Of a stretch of DNA of 64,000 nt, positions 13,415 through 27,203 are shown in pieces (position 1 is the stretch's first letter; each line of letters opens with the position of its first letter). The stretch comes from Octopus vulgaris (Eukaryota). The stretch is from NCBI GenBank assembly GCA_951406725.2, contig OX597831.1:83514001-83578000 (forward strand), written 5' to 3'. A program made the translations under genes and the position numbers. A model generated the notes under the pieces. The model made no database searches. It saw only the letters and a program-made list of their open reading frames with translations, and was not told the DNA's origin.

Positions 13415-13615
13415 TGTGTTTTCACTTCACTACCGAGTGCAGCTCTGTCTGCCTTGGGTATGTGCTGTGGTTTGTTGTGGTGATCTTATTTTAACTGTAT
13501 CGAAAATGTTTTACGTAGAAGGTGTGCAGTGCCTAGTAATATTTTCTGTACTTGTAAGTCCTGGCGTTTTTGTTAAGTATTTTGTCTGAATAATTTTATC
13601 ATACCTACTACGCCT
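13415..13615 (-). mobile_element. R4/Dong LINE extreme 3' fragment
   Basis: Minus strand encodes KYLTKTPGL and QKILLGTAHLLRKTF, the Dong-type terminal motif. Confidence 0.65.
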
Positions 13616-13619
13616 AGGA

Positions 13620-14005
13620 ATTATTATTATTATTATTGTTGCTGTTGTTGTTGTTATTGCCTTTCCACAGCTTCTAACGCTGGAGATGTACTACGATGTC
13701 CGCTGTTCACTACCAGTGATCTCAGGTAACGCCTCTTATTTTTCGAGCACCTTCCGGAGTATTCGAGCGGTTCCAAGCAGTACTCTTTTCTGCAAGTGTT
13801 CCACCCTTATTGCAGTCCCTCTTTGTTCCATGTACTTCTCGGGACTTTTGCTCACTGTTCCCAGGGCTCTGACAATTATTGGTACTACTGCTACTTTTTT
13901 CATCGACCACAACTGCTTAACTTCCCAAGCTAACCTGTCATATCCCTCGATTTTTCTTTCTTCCTTATCGCATACCTTGTTGTCTGCTGAGCATGCTTTC
14001 TCCAT
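13620..14005 (-). mobile_element. R4/Dong LINE 3' fragment with (AAC)n/(AAT)n tail
   Basis: VVPIIVRALGTV...LQKRVLLGTARILRKVLE. Same family as 34178-34620. Confidence 0.85.
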
Positions 14006-14019
14006 GGAACTGTGTGGAA

Positions 14020-14950
14020 AACAACAGCAGCAGCAACAGCAACAACAATTACATAAAGAACCATAACAACGCTATAACCTTTTCGAGGGCAGCTGGCCAG
14101 TGGATCGTCGTCCATTCGGTTCAAGATTTGAAAGGTAAAACATTTCAATATAATAATGACATTTCGAAACCAGGTGTTATGTGCTTTAGTGAGGACGAAG
14201 GAAAAACCTCCGAACGACGATCTATTGTTTATAAATGTGTTTCTCGCAAGGAGAGGAAACTTAAATTTCTTACTCCGGCAGAAACCGAAAATGCCTCCAA
14301 GATGTGTGGCCCTCAGTGCTACGAATATGCAAAGGTAAACAGTAGAGGACGGTAGCTTTTATATGCAACAATGCGCAGGAAGCCAGAAGAATGGCAACCA
14401 TTACTTGCTCGTCCCAGACTTTTCTGATGATTCCTCATTATATAGGTAAAAAGTTGACTTGAATTCGAGACAAGAATGTGCCGGCTCATCGTGAACCGGC
14501 GAGAGTTTTAGCTATTCTGGAGGAGCATGGGGATATTGGGAAAATGAAGTCCACCTCACAACTCAACAGGAATGGAATTCTTATGGAATTCCAGAAATTA
14601 GTTTCTCCATTCCTGATTTTTTTCTGCTTCGGAGAGTGCGAACAGATACCTGTTTATATATAAGGGGAAAAACCGAACTGCTTTTTGAGGGAACACGAAC
14701 CACCTCAAAGCCAATTGCCCCGTGGTGGAGAAAACTCGAATTTCTCCACCTTCGCTACAAACTCCTCAGGGTGAAAACACCACAACTAACTTACATCCAC
14801 CTCTTTTCTCCGTATCAGGCCTCACAAAAGCAAAGACCTCATTGAAATCGCACCAAAAAGCCTTTATCGGGGATAAGAGAAAAACTGAGACAAACAGAGA
14901 CCGGCCCAAATTGAAGGCTTTAAGACATGATGGTAAAATACAAAATCGTT
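14020..14950 (+). pseudogene. Divergent Tx1-like ORF1 (gag-like) remnant
   Basis: IPHYIGKKLT..DKNVP aligns with IPYYKGQRVSQISIKNVP of the ORF1 at 31123-31530. Broken knuckle KPNCF...NHLKANCP near 14670-14722. Confidence 0.5.
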
Positions 14951-15329
14951 GAAAAACAAATTGAAAAAAACACCAATATGAACACCTTAATTACCACAAG
15001 AAGACTGCTTCAGTCTTTAAAACGAAAATAATGCCTAACGATTTATTTCAGCGGTGTCTCTGTTCATGACTTGGGATGGATAAAGGATGACTACTACTAT
15101 CCTACTTGGTCAGGACAACGAAAAGACTTTTTTTCTCCACAAGGCCTTCTCTACTGAAAAGAAAATCTCAAAACGTCTAGAATGCACCTTGTATACGTAG
15201 ATGAAAACATTTGTTAATACTACGATAACAGATGTCTGCCACGCTGTTCAAAATTATAGACTATTAAACCTATGTTTATGTTTTTATGGCTATTTTTTTT
15301 TACCGTTGTGAAGTCTAAAGAAAAACGTG

Positions 15330-16340
15330 TCTGTTATACAGTGCATCATTCAAATTAAATGTGATGATAAATTATGCGAAAAATTCTAGAGAAACCAAAC
15401 AAGCTGAGAAAATGATTCGTTCTTGGTCAACACGAAGAATTAAAAATCAATTTAAGGTGATAAATACATTTTCCAACTAAAAAGTGCCATAATCTTGATG
15501 ATGAACATTATGATTGATCTGTAGATCAAAGAAGACGAAGAATTTCGGCGTCTGCAAATAAGATTATTTTTAAAACCAAGAGATTTGAAATATTTTACAT
15601 GGCGTATTGTTTTATGAAACACAAAATGTCTAGCAATGAAAGCTAAAATGGAAATTACCTAATGTCAATTGAAAATTTGTCCTTTTCCCGAGTATTTTAC
15701 GGAATTTAGAAAAGTTAGCAAAGATAAATACAATTCCTTTGACTTTACATGTTCAAGTAGTAAATCTACCGATATAAAATGCATTAGTACTATTCCTGTT
15801 AAGTCTACTGGACATTATACAAAGGTATTAGCATGTTGCGTAGATGAGGAAAAATTATCTTCACCATCAGTTTTTTAAAAGAAAATCAATGCCTAACGAT
15901 AATTTATTTCAGTGGTGTCTCTGTTCATGACTTGGGATAGATAAAAGTGGAGGAACACTAATTTGGTTAGAAAATAAATGCCTAAACGTTCAGCCTGCGT
16001 TAAGACAAGCTCCCTATTTTTGTCCAGACAACAAGGAAACCCTTTTTTTTCTCTCCATGGCTTCCTCTACTCACAAAACAAATAATAAAGGAAAATATTA
16101 ATAAACTAAAGGGTACAACTGCAGCAACTTCATTCTATCCACTCAAAATTTCTGTTTATAAACCATGTAAAACTTTCCTGAAAGAAGAGCGGAACAGCTC
16201 TATGGAGGAAGAAGATTTTGTTCCGTTCCCAACCGAATGAAGGAAGAAGCTGGTGTCTGCTCAAGTGCGAATGACACTGAAGAACTTGTAGGAAAAAAAT
16301 GAGAAGTGACATAACGATAAAGACATTTAAAATACACTGT
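15330..16340 (+). pseudogene. Heavily decayed pogo/Tigger DDE_1 transposase remnant
   Basis: VKSTGH.TKVLACC.D.EKL...FKRKSMP and a degenerate PLxISVYKP (QPLDVSVNKP-like) motif. Partial duplicate at ~15015-15160. Confidence 0.5.
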
Positions 16341-19300
16341 ATGCAAATGGTTAATATAGTATTTCTTGGAAATGATAGTTCATCCTATGAGCAATTTCAG
16401 ATTCTTCTACAAGTGATGGTGAAAAAGCAGCGAATATTTTGTAGGTTTTGATGGGAGCTAAATAAATCTTTTCATGGGTTAAGAAAGTCTTTTTTTTTTT
16501 TGCCTATTTCTATGTTTTGAACATTCTGTGTTTGAAAACGTAGCCTCTTTAACAATATATCTTTCATTCCCCTCTCTCTCTCTCCCTTTCTCTCTTTCTT
16601 TCACTCCCTCGATTTCTCTCCTCCTCTCTCTATTCTTTCTCTCTTTGTCACTCTACTCGATGTTGGTTCAAATACAACATTTATTAAACATTATATTAAC
16701 ATTACCATAATTAACATCTCGATAACATCGCTCACTGCACTTTGAATACAACATTTGGCTTCTTCTTTCGTTATTCTTATTTTTCTCTTGTCCCTTTCTA
16801 GGATTTTTTGCTGAAATTTGTAACTTTGGGTCCTAAAGTAATTATAATTGCTTAATTGATATTCTTGCTATTTCATATAAAACATATTTTTGAAAATATA
16901 CTATTGAAATTTTATCTTCTGATTAGTTCAACATCTGTCCAGTCGATTAGAGACCGCAGATATCCTTAATCATATTGTTATTATTTGTTTCTCCCTCTTC
17001 TACACCTCCTTCATCCCCCTATTACACACTATAAATTGATATCCTATTTCTATTGCTATAACATCTGTAGTTTACTAACTCCATATTTCCAAACTATGAC
17101 TTGCAACACTCATACCTCACCTCCACCTTTTCTTCTTCCTCCATATCAATTCTAGTCTCCCGAGGCATTGCAATATCAATTATTTCCTCTTACTAGTATC
17201 GTTGTTGTTGTAGTTATTATTATCATTATTATTAATATTATTATTGTTATTATTGAAACTATTTGCTAAAATATTGCTAGTGGCTATAAAAGTTATAAAC
17301 TATCACTATCGTCCATACAAACACACACACACAGAGTCCTAGCAATTTCTTAACGCCTTACCGCTTCTTTTTCAATCATCTTCTGTCGCTTCACGCGTTG
17401 TTTCTCGTTTCTCTTCTCTCTTCTTTCTCTCCATATTGTTCACTAAGACTCGTCCACCATTTTGTGTTTTTCACTTCCCTTGTTTATGGACATAAGTGTG
17501 TGTGTGTGTGTGAGAGTGTGTGTGTGTGTGTGTGTGTGTGTGAGTGTGTGTGTGTGTGTGTGTGTGAAATACACACATATTAATATATATACATATATAT
17601 ATATATATACACATTTATATATACACATACTCACATACAGTTATAAACATAACTGCAAAGAGATAAACATACAAACAACTACACATTTTATATAACTGAA
17701 TATAAACATCACACAAACACACAAAGAGATACGCATTATAGATATCCCCATATGTATTCATTCACGTTGGAATGTTATGGAAAAAACCCCAGATATAATG
17801 CGTAAATGAATAGATCTAAATATAAAAATCTATTTTCTCTACATATTCTTCTAACACGTTTTTACTTATTTTGCGGGTCTTTTATTTATATGATCGAAAA
17901 TTGTGATTTCCAATTAGAGATTGTGCTTATTAATCAGTCAAGCATGCTAATCTATTTAATTTACCAATTAACAGTTGCTATCTGAATATCTTCACACTAC
18001 TTTGTTAGCACGCAGAGTGGCAGTTTTATCACGCAAACTGTTATAATATTGTCAGATATTTCAGAAGTGGGCATAACAGTGGGGATAGAATAACACATTG
18101 TTAGTTATGGCCGCGAAACTAGAAATCAACTAAAGAAAGCTAAAATAAAAGAAAATAACAAGAATACGAGAAGCATTGGAATTAAATTTCCGGCATTAAT
18201 TCTCAAGACGGAAAGAATTACAATATTAACAATAACACAAATTTTTTTTTTTTTTAAATAATTGGTGCTCGTTAATCATTTCAGTGTTGCAACCTACTTA
18301 GTTTTTCATCAAATTTATGCATGCTCTTACAAAAACAAATCAGATACAAATCACAAGCACGAACATTTTATTTGAATTTACGTAATATCTAAACATAATA
18401 AAAATGGGACAGCCACTGGAGGAGAGTCAATACATCGAAAATTTAGGATGCATCCTCAAAAACGACAAACCATTTTTCAATATCAAGTTAGCCATACGAT
18501 TTGTTAAATCCCTCAAACAGAGAAAACAATGTTTTTATATTTGACTTGACTGAGAGCTGAATTTCCTTTGAAATTTTGAAGGTGTTCTTACATACCTCTG
18601 TTGTTCAGGCCCTCTTTTAACAGTTCCATCATTAGCATTCTGCTGTGTGTCCATAGCATAGAGATTTATCGGACAATAATCAATTCAACTTACTGTAAAT
18701 ATTGTTGTTAAGTGTGTCGTAGAAATAAAGTCCTGACGAATATTAAGCTATTAAGAGTCAGTGGAACATAATCTTGAATAAGCATCAACTTCCATTATTT
18801 AGTGTTGCTTCATAAAGAAGAAGACCTATTCCAACTGCTTACTTCTTGGAAAGTTGAGATAAAAACTACCACACATAGATTATTAAATAGAGCTGCTCAT
18901 TCATACAAGTAAATTGGGATACTCAAACAAAATTCAGATGAGGAATGCATTTTATTATTTCCTCTGATACTTGAAGATCATCACCTTTCTTCAAAATTCG
19001 CTTCATCCCAGACTCCCACTCCATCCTTACACTATATAGATTCATATGTTGAATGTGCTTACCGTTCAGAAATCTCCGACTGGTAAACTGTGAAGGAAAC
19101 TACCCCAAAAGACTGGCAGATAACCATCTTGATCAAGTGAATCAGTGACTCAGCTACGAAATTCCATCCTTTCTGAGACAGAGTGCTTCTTTGACTACTT
19201 TGAGCGCCATCATCGTACTCCGACGAACGTCAGCGACTAACGTAAAAAGGAAACCATGATATATTGGAGCTCAAAATGCATTGCTATGTATTCAACAGAA

Positions 19301-19909
19301 AAATAAAATTATATGCAAGATTATTCTTCTATATTTAATACAATCGTGGGCCTTTATTATATTTTTATAACGATAAAGAGAACTAACTTTCAAAAAATAT
19401 TCAAAACAATACACACAGGACTTCCCGCAGGGCAAAACACTTAGACATAATAGAAAATGTTTTAACATTAAAAGCCTCTTGCAAAACTGCTGCTCTTTCT
19501 TAACTTATCTAGAATTATCTCCAAGCTATAACTATCGATGCCATTGCATAATATTCAATATATATTTTAGCAAAACTTTCTCTCGGGGTTTAAATAATAT
19601 CAGATAGGTCAACTAAACATCTTCATACATCTATGTTTCTCTCGCCTTCTCTCATTATATATGTACAAACGAAGAGCAAGGGAGGGAGAAGCCAAAACAC
19701 ACACAGAGCGAGAGAGAAAGGGTGTGAGAGAGAGATAGAGAGTGAGAGAGACAAACAGAAAAAGGGAGGAAGGGGAAGAGAGAGAGAAAGTTAACTGGAT
19801 AGATTTCGGTATGCATCGTGACAGTGTAATGGAAGTAGAGTGCATCCATTAAACTATTACAAAGTAATAATGATAATGGTTTCTCATTTTGGTACGAAGT
19901 CAGCAATTT

Positions 19910-20090
19910 TGAAGAAGGACGTTAGTTGATACAATCGATTCTGGGACTTGACTGGTACTTTATTTTATCGACTCCAGACAGATGAAATGCAAAGTTGCTT
20001 TCTGCGGGATTTGAACTCTCAATGTAAAGACTCGGAATTAATACACTAAGGCTTTTTTGTCGATGCCCTAAAGAGTCTGCCAATCCATGC
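19910..20090 (-). mobile_element. tRNA-derived SINE (Nin/Deu-like core)
   Basis: ACTGGTACTTTATTTTATCGAC...GATGAAATGCAAAG...GGATTTGAACTC, a reverse B-box plus core. Confidence 0.7.
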
Positions 20091-20577
20091 CCTCCAAAAT
20101 AATAATTCTATCTTTCTTACCTACGACAATGCAAATGCAAAACTATGCATTATATGAAGTTACAAAACGTTTGAAGAGGCATAGAACACACACGCACATA
20201 TGTAGCACCATATATTTAAACAAATCAAGCCTTTAATATCCAAAACCAAATAAGAGCGATCCCTCTTCAAAAGGTAAGTAGTCACCATTCACATATTATC
20301 AGAATACTCACCTTCAGCTCCTTCTAACTTGGTTCACTTAATTTACTCTGAGTATCTTTGGTTTTATCTAAACCGTGAATGTTCCACATTTTCTGAGCCG
20401 TATTTAATGTCGTCGAGGGACAGTTTCCAACAAGCATCTTTCCTCCGCGGCTCCTGATTTCCTCTGTTGCCATCCTCTCAATCATCACAGTTTCTGTTAA
20501 TCAATTTCGATTCGTAAAATTCTGGCACCACATAGTGAGTTGAGAAATTCGCAATGGATTTCCAGCCAACCTTCTAC

Positions 20578-20650
<73 letters not shown>

Positions 20651-21324
20651 CAGAAGGCTTTCAGTTGTCCCCACCAAACACATAGCAACTGGGTGTTCTC
20701 TGTTGAATAACCATTTTCATTAACTTTGCCACTCTCACCATTGCTCACACCTCCAGGATAGCCTTGAGGTCCTCAGACGTCACCAAGAGCTAGATATTCA
20801 TGCAGATTTCACTGAACCATTCGTTGCGACCGATTACCTCAGAGCTCACCTCTGTAAGATGCTTATGTATTGCGGCACCTGAGCGAATGACACACTATCT
20901 CTGACTGTTTTCTCACTTCGCTCTCACTCTTAATAAAAGTAAGGTACATTTGCACATACAATAACACATATAGATGAAGGCTGAAACTGATGTAGTTTAT
21001 ACGAACACGTGACTTCATTGCCACACGAAATATCTTGGATAAATATAATGATGTGGAAATAATTAAACTGAATATATATTTAGATACACTTTAGAAATAG
21101 AGACTAGAGTACAACACACATACGCATGCACTCACACATACGCGCATACACACACACAGAGACACATACACACACAATTACACGTACATGAAAAAATGGT
21201 TAAAAATGGAAAGAGATTATTATTGTAGAGGCATTCGATTAATTTTTACGACAGAGCTAAATGCTTGAAATAGATAATATTGGTTGTTCCAGTAGTAACG
21301 TTTTAGAAAGAGAGATAGTGAGAG

Positions 21325-21367
<43 letters not shown>

Positions 21368-22139
21368 AAGAAAGAAAGAAAGAGAGAAAGAGATGGGGAG
21401 AGAGGAAGAGATTTGATAACAGCCCTGGTGACGAAGAAAAACAAAAGGATTGTGACAGACTGACAGACTGATTGGATATGTAGATCGACAGAATAGACTG
21501 ACAGACAGATACATAGATACATACAAACATACAAACATACATACGTAGGTTTGTATTTGAGAGAATAAAATGTGCTTCGTTTATCTAAGAGTGAAAGAGT
21601 GAAAGGAAGGTGAGGAATGTAACACTCCAGGTGATGACAGCTAAGTTAAGTAACTTCCGTAATATTTTCAGTTTGTTTCCTGACATGTGTTTTATGTAAT
21701 GAAAAAAAAAATGAAAACAGAAAAATAGTCGAACCAATTGTTTTAGCGCCGAAATAGTGTATCATGACGATGTTATAAATTTCCATATAGTATTAGCATA
21801 AACAACTGACACAGTCACGGGTGGACGAGTTTGTATATTGGACGTCAACATGAAATGTTATATTTTGACGCTGTGTAAAGTTGAGGAGAAGTCAGTTCAT
21901 ATGTGCCATTGTATGGAGGGAGCACTTTGATGGAAACTGCTTTATTTCACACTGTTTTATTTCCACACTAACGATAAACAATATCACTGTCACTAATGGA
22001 CACTGTTGGGACCAGTTGATGAAAAATTGTTAAAATTGATGTTAATAGAAATATTGTGTTCAAATAACCATAAACGATAGAGAAGGTTAGTTGGTCTGAT
22101 GTATGGGAGATGTACAACGTGGGACTATATTCTTTTCTA

Positions 22140-22292
22140 CTGTAGGCACAGGGCCCGAAAATTTGGGGATTAGATCGATCCCAATACGCAACTGGTACTT
22201 AGTTAATCGATCCCGAAAGGATGAAAGGCAAAGCCGACCTCGGCAGAATTTGAACTCAGAACGAAATACTGCTAAGCATTTCGCCCGGCGTG
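22140..22292 (-). mobile_element. tRNA-derived SINE (Nin/Deu-like core; Octopus OK-like)
   Basis: Reverse complement reads GAGTTCAAATTCTGCCGAGGTCGGCTTTGCCTTTCATCCTTTCGGGATCGAT..AAGTACCAGTTG. Confidence 0.8.
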
Positions 22293-24150
22293 AATGTGGA
22301 ACTATATTGTTTAACTGTCGCTGCTCGGCTGCTCAATGGATTATGGAACTCCATTCACAGAGTACATTGCTAACAGATATTTCTAAATAATTTTACCTAA
22401 ACTCCCTCACCCACCACTATCTTCTAAACCGACACTTCGTTTGTATATTGAATAATTCGTTGGGTCTGTCTGTAATTAAATTTGTTGGAATAGAGATCTG
22501 TCTTGGATATCGTAGTCATGATTTGCAACCAATATGAAATAACAGATTTGCGAACACTCACCCATCATCTCTAACAATATAAATCAAACTTTGGCCTTCT
22601 GCGTGATGCCACCAACTTCACACAAGAGGACTTTCAAAGTAATTATCAAATCAAATGTAGCGACATATTCATATTTGCTCACAGTGTACTAACAATGTGA
22701 CACTGTAGTATGGAATGCCAAGTCAATTAACATCTCATACATTACCTTCTGTTAAATAAACCGTGTAGAACACTAATCTAGAGCTGAACTCGGTCAAACC
22801 AATTCATCTTAATATAAACAATCATAGATAGAAAATGAAATGTTGATATGTTGTCCAGTAAATAATTGACTCCACGCAATACCCAACAAATACCCATTGG
22901 ATTAAATATATTGTCGGAATTAGCTTTGGTTTTTCACACTTTAGAGTTGGAAACTCTATGGAAGCAGCCCTTTCATTCCTCCCCCCAAAATTCTGTTTTT
23001 GTTGAAGACAGAGGCAACACAAAACAAAACTGATTGTGGTAGAATTTGAACACAAAACAATAGTAATAAACTTACGTAAAGAAAAAGGATTATCTCTACT
23101 TTTTTTCTTCGTTATATTTCAATAAAAAACGACCATGCTTGTTATATGATCGTGCTGAAGAGCTGACATCAAATCTTGGAACTTTGTTGTAGTGTTTGCG
23201 TTTATGTGTAATAGTTAAGAAAATCAAACAATTAACAAACAAACAGGTATTGAGGATAATAACCTGACAAGTAGAGAGCAAGTAGACGAGAAGAAATATC
23301 GAGAAAAGTGTCCAGTAAGTTCTATTTGCCGGAATTACTAAAGGAAATGCAATTTATTGATTAAAATAGGACGTGAAGCTTTTATAACATTCGTAAAGTA
23401 TTTTAATAGAGCAGAGGACAATAAGCTAACTTTTGAAGATATAATAAACTAGTGTATCGAAGGAGAAAGGGCGCTTTTAATGCTAAAGTAGGTTGACATT
23501 TATGCATCGGACTCTCGGAATTCAAGTAGACGAACAAGAAATGAACGGTGTGTTCTTGATGTTTGGAAGAGAATCTTTTGAAAATCCGAATGAATATATA
23601 TTTATTGAATTCTTTCAAACATTTCTGTCGTCTCTGTGTTCTAAGATGCTTGAAATCAGAAAAGTGCTGGTCGTTTCTGTTGATTCTATCTTGGTACAAG
23701 TACCGAAATAATTTTTGGAATTGGCACATGACCAGAAATTTGGAAAAGTGAGGGGAAAATATTCTATTAAATCTAGTACGCTATTAGATCGAAACAGTTT
23801 CGTAGACACAAAAACAACCGAAACTCTAAACGGATATATTTCAGAACCTAAAAGTGCACAGCATTTAGTTCGACGCTGCAAGAACTATGTCTGTCTACCA
23901 TTTTAATACCAGTTCCAAAAGATGGAAGAGGTAGAGAAACAGGAGTATACCAGATTAAAGGCCCCTGCAGACGTTGCCGCCCTTCGTGATTCCTTTATTA
24001 CCTCAATACAGAAGATGAGTGCACTCAAACCAAACAACGTGCCAGGTGTACTCAGCCGCCATGAACAGGAATGATCTTTTAATGGAAACGCAACAACTCG
24101 GTCCTATTCAACGACACAAATACAGTCAATACATACACACACAAGCACAT

Positions 24151-24220
<70 letters not shown>

Positions 24221-24393
24221 GCACATATATCTCATTAGAGTACTGCTGCCTCACGTCAGAAGACAGGTACCTGACGTCATAACACCTATGCCTCATATTA
24301 GAGTACACCTGTTTCAGTTTTGTATTCCTTCCTCGATTTAGGGAACTCCTCATTCTAAATTGAGACACCAGTATTCTTACAGTTCTATTTTTA

Positions 24394-24586
24394 AGGGATG
24401 AGGAATTATGTACACTATTTACATTATTTACATTTGACGGATATTTTTTCTCATCTTGCTTGTTGTTAACACAACGTTTCGGCTGATATACCCTCCAGCT
24501 TTCATCAGGTGTCTTGGGAAAATTTCGAACCCGAGTTTTCATTCCTAAGATATTTTTCGATGTTGTTGTTGTTGTTGTTATTATTA
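24394..24586 (-). mobile_element. Inverted copy of the hammerhead-bearing tail of the tRNA-HHR element
   Basis: Reverse complement of 24735-24890. HHR at 24469-24512 reads ACAC-CTGATGA-a-AGCTG..CAGCC-GAAA-CGTT-GTGT. Confidence 0.85.
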
Positions 24587-24593
24587 TGCCCAC

Positions 24594-24697
24594 GGGCATA
24601 TGGCGTAGTGGTTAAGAGCGCGGGTTACTAACACTAAGATTCCGAGTTCGATTCCAGGCAGTGACCTGAATAATAATAATAATAATTATTATTATGA

Positions 24698-24737
<40 letters not shown>

Positions 24738-24890
24738 TATTATTATAACATCGAAAAATACCTTAGGAATGAGAACCCAGGTTTGAAATTTTCCCAAGAC
24801 ACCTGATGAAGGCTGGAGGGTATATCAGCCGAAACGTTGGGTTAGCAACAAATAAGATGAGGACAAATATCCATCAAATGTAAATAATAT
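24594..24890 (+). mobile_element. tRNA-headed element: tRNA-like head, (AAT/ATT)n, and hammerhead tail
   Basis: A-box TGGCGTAGTGG (24601-24611), B-box GAGTTCGATTCC (24644-24655), HHR at 24799-24842. Homolog at 47318-47575. Confidence 0.85.
24799..24842 (+). ncRNA. Minimal (PLE-type) hammerhead ribozyme
   Basis: ACAC-CTGATGA-a-GGCTG-gagggtatat-CAGCC-GAAA-CGTT-GGGT. Palindromic AACGTT replaces helix III, and this copy has one stem I mismatch. Confidence 0.75.
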
Positions 24891-26200
24891 AGCAGTATTC
24901 TTGTTCAGGAATAGAATAACTAAAAGAGAACAAAATAAAACAGGAAAATATAGAGCAAGGATTGAAGCAAGCGCAAAAAGACAAGGCAGCAAAAATAAAC
25001 TCATTTCTGACTTGTACTCAACTAGTAGAAGATACAATTCTAAACATACAGTTGTCGTAACAGTGAACATGTTAACAAAGCAATTGTGATGCAGATAGTT
25101 GAGCGGGGTGGTTCTTTCAAATCATTGGGTGTGAAACCACATAACAATAATAATTTCATCACGAACCTACTCCAAGTGACTATACTAAAAAGTTACCTTA
25201 ATAAATAGATGTAGTGTGGGAGAAACATTCATGTTACCCAGTGGTCCTTCAATATTTTCAGTTCAGCTCCCAGGGTCTTTTATCGTTACGGAATCAACAT
25301 TTGCGTATATGTCTTAATATAAAATGTCGATATTGGCTTTTAATATTAGCACAACGACCGGCAATTTCGAACAAAGGTACATTGTTGCAATGGAGAGATT
25401 TGGACTCAAAATAGAAAATAGTATTTCAAAATATTACAAGGAATTTAATCCGGGACACTAACCCTTTATCGTTCCTAATCTGGCACACTAATCCGGCTCA
25501 GTTTTTCTCGCTCCATCGCCCTTTAAGAAGCCAAAATAGATTCTTTTAAAATGGGGGAAATGCTTTTGAGAGATGAGTGTAATCAAGGAAATTAACAGCA
25601 ACTGTTAGAACTTATTTAACCCAACCCGGAAGGAACAGAAAGCAAATTTGGCCGAGGTAGAATTAAAACTGAAAACCTATCAAACTTCTCCAGCCGCCGC
25701 CGCCGCCGCTGCACTTCACAGATCAATATTAATCACGTATTCAGAGATGTCCTTAATTGCTCAGAGAATCAACAGGAATTGCTGATTTTGAAACCATACC
25801 TAAAATACTTTAACTTGCAATTGGCGATTCCATGTTTCAGGTATTTTTTTTTTCTTTTTTTCTCCAATTAGAATTATTGCTGTCAGAAAAGTGGAATTGT
25901 TATTGTTCATAAAATCCATTAGTTTTTGCATTCTGGACAACTGCTCCATGCCTTACATTAAGGTGTCTAACAATGAAGATGGCCAGCATTTGTTGTATTT
26001 CTAAAAGCTACAATGTTGTCAGTCAGCAGTGTAGGTCACTAATAGAATGAGAAGACCAAACAACAAATATTTTAGCAGTGATATGAAGAATCGACGTCAG
26101 TTAAAATATAAACAAATCCCAACCAATAGAATTTGTCTTTAAATAATGGCTACTCTATGGAGTACAATACCGGCATACACTCACAACACACTTCCACACG

Positions 26201-26240
<40 letters not shown>

Positions 26241-26624
26241 CGGAAGAGAGAGAGAGAGAGAGAGAGATAGAATTTACATAAATGCAAACACACGTATACT
26301 TTCATGGAATATGTTTGGGTATATACAAATGTGTATAGCATGAATATAAGCTTACATATAAGTCTGTTTCTATCTATATGCATGCGTGTGTGGGGGGTGT
26401 ATACGTGTGAGTATGAGTGTGTGTATGTGTGTGCCTATGTGAGTACGCGTGTAACTGTAGATTGTGAATGACAAAGTGGCGGTGTGTGAAGAGCGACTAA
26501 CGGAAACAAGTAGAAAAAATTTGCAGATGGGTTAACTTTGCAAACTCTATTCTTTTAAGTTTACAGGGTGTAGACACAGCAATCGCAGAAAAGAAAGATA
26601 GAGAAGTGGAAGAAACAAAGTGTA

Positions 26625-26916
<292 letters not shown>

Positions 26917-27203
26917 TTTTATTGTAGCCACACAGGGCTAAACACAGAATAAAAATGGACGAAATACAATGTAGAATTTTTTCTTTTCGAGGTGGGATGG
27001 GTGGGGCACAAAAAAAAACGTTTGATCAATAGGGATCTGTGGGTTGTGTGGTGTATAAAAAACCAATATATATATAAATATAAGGTTCACAGTTTAGGTG
27101 TAGCCTTGGAAAGAAAAACCTACAAAAAAGACCAAGGTCACCTCAGACAGTTCGAAAAAAGAACACATGAGTAAGTCGCCTTACTTCTCGTTGTCTCTTT
27201 TGG

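Noticed and set aside
23403-23906. Cluster of short overlapping ORFs
   Set aside because: No recognisable motif or convincing splice signals.
24594-24666. Functional tRNA gene (ACT anticodon)
   Set aside because: The acceptor and anticodon stems are imperfect, and it is embedded in a dispersed retro-repeat. Treated as a tRNA-derived head.
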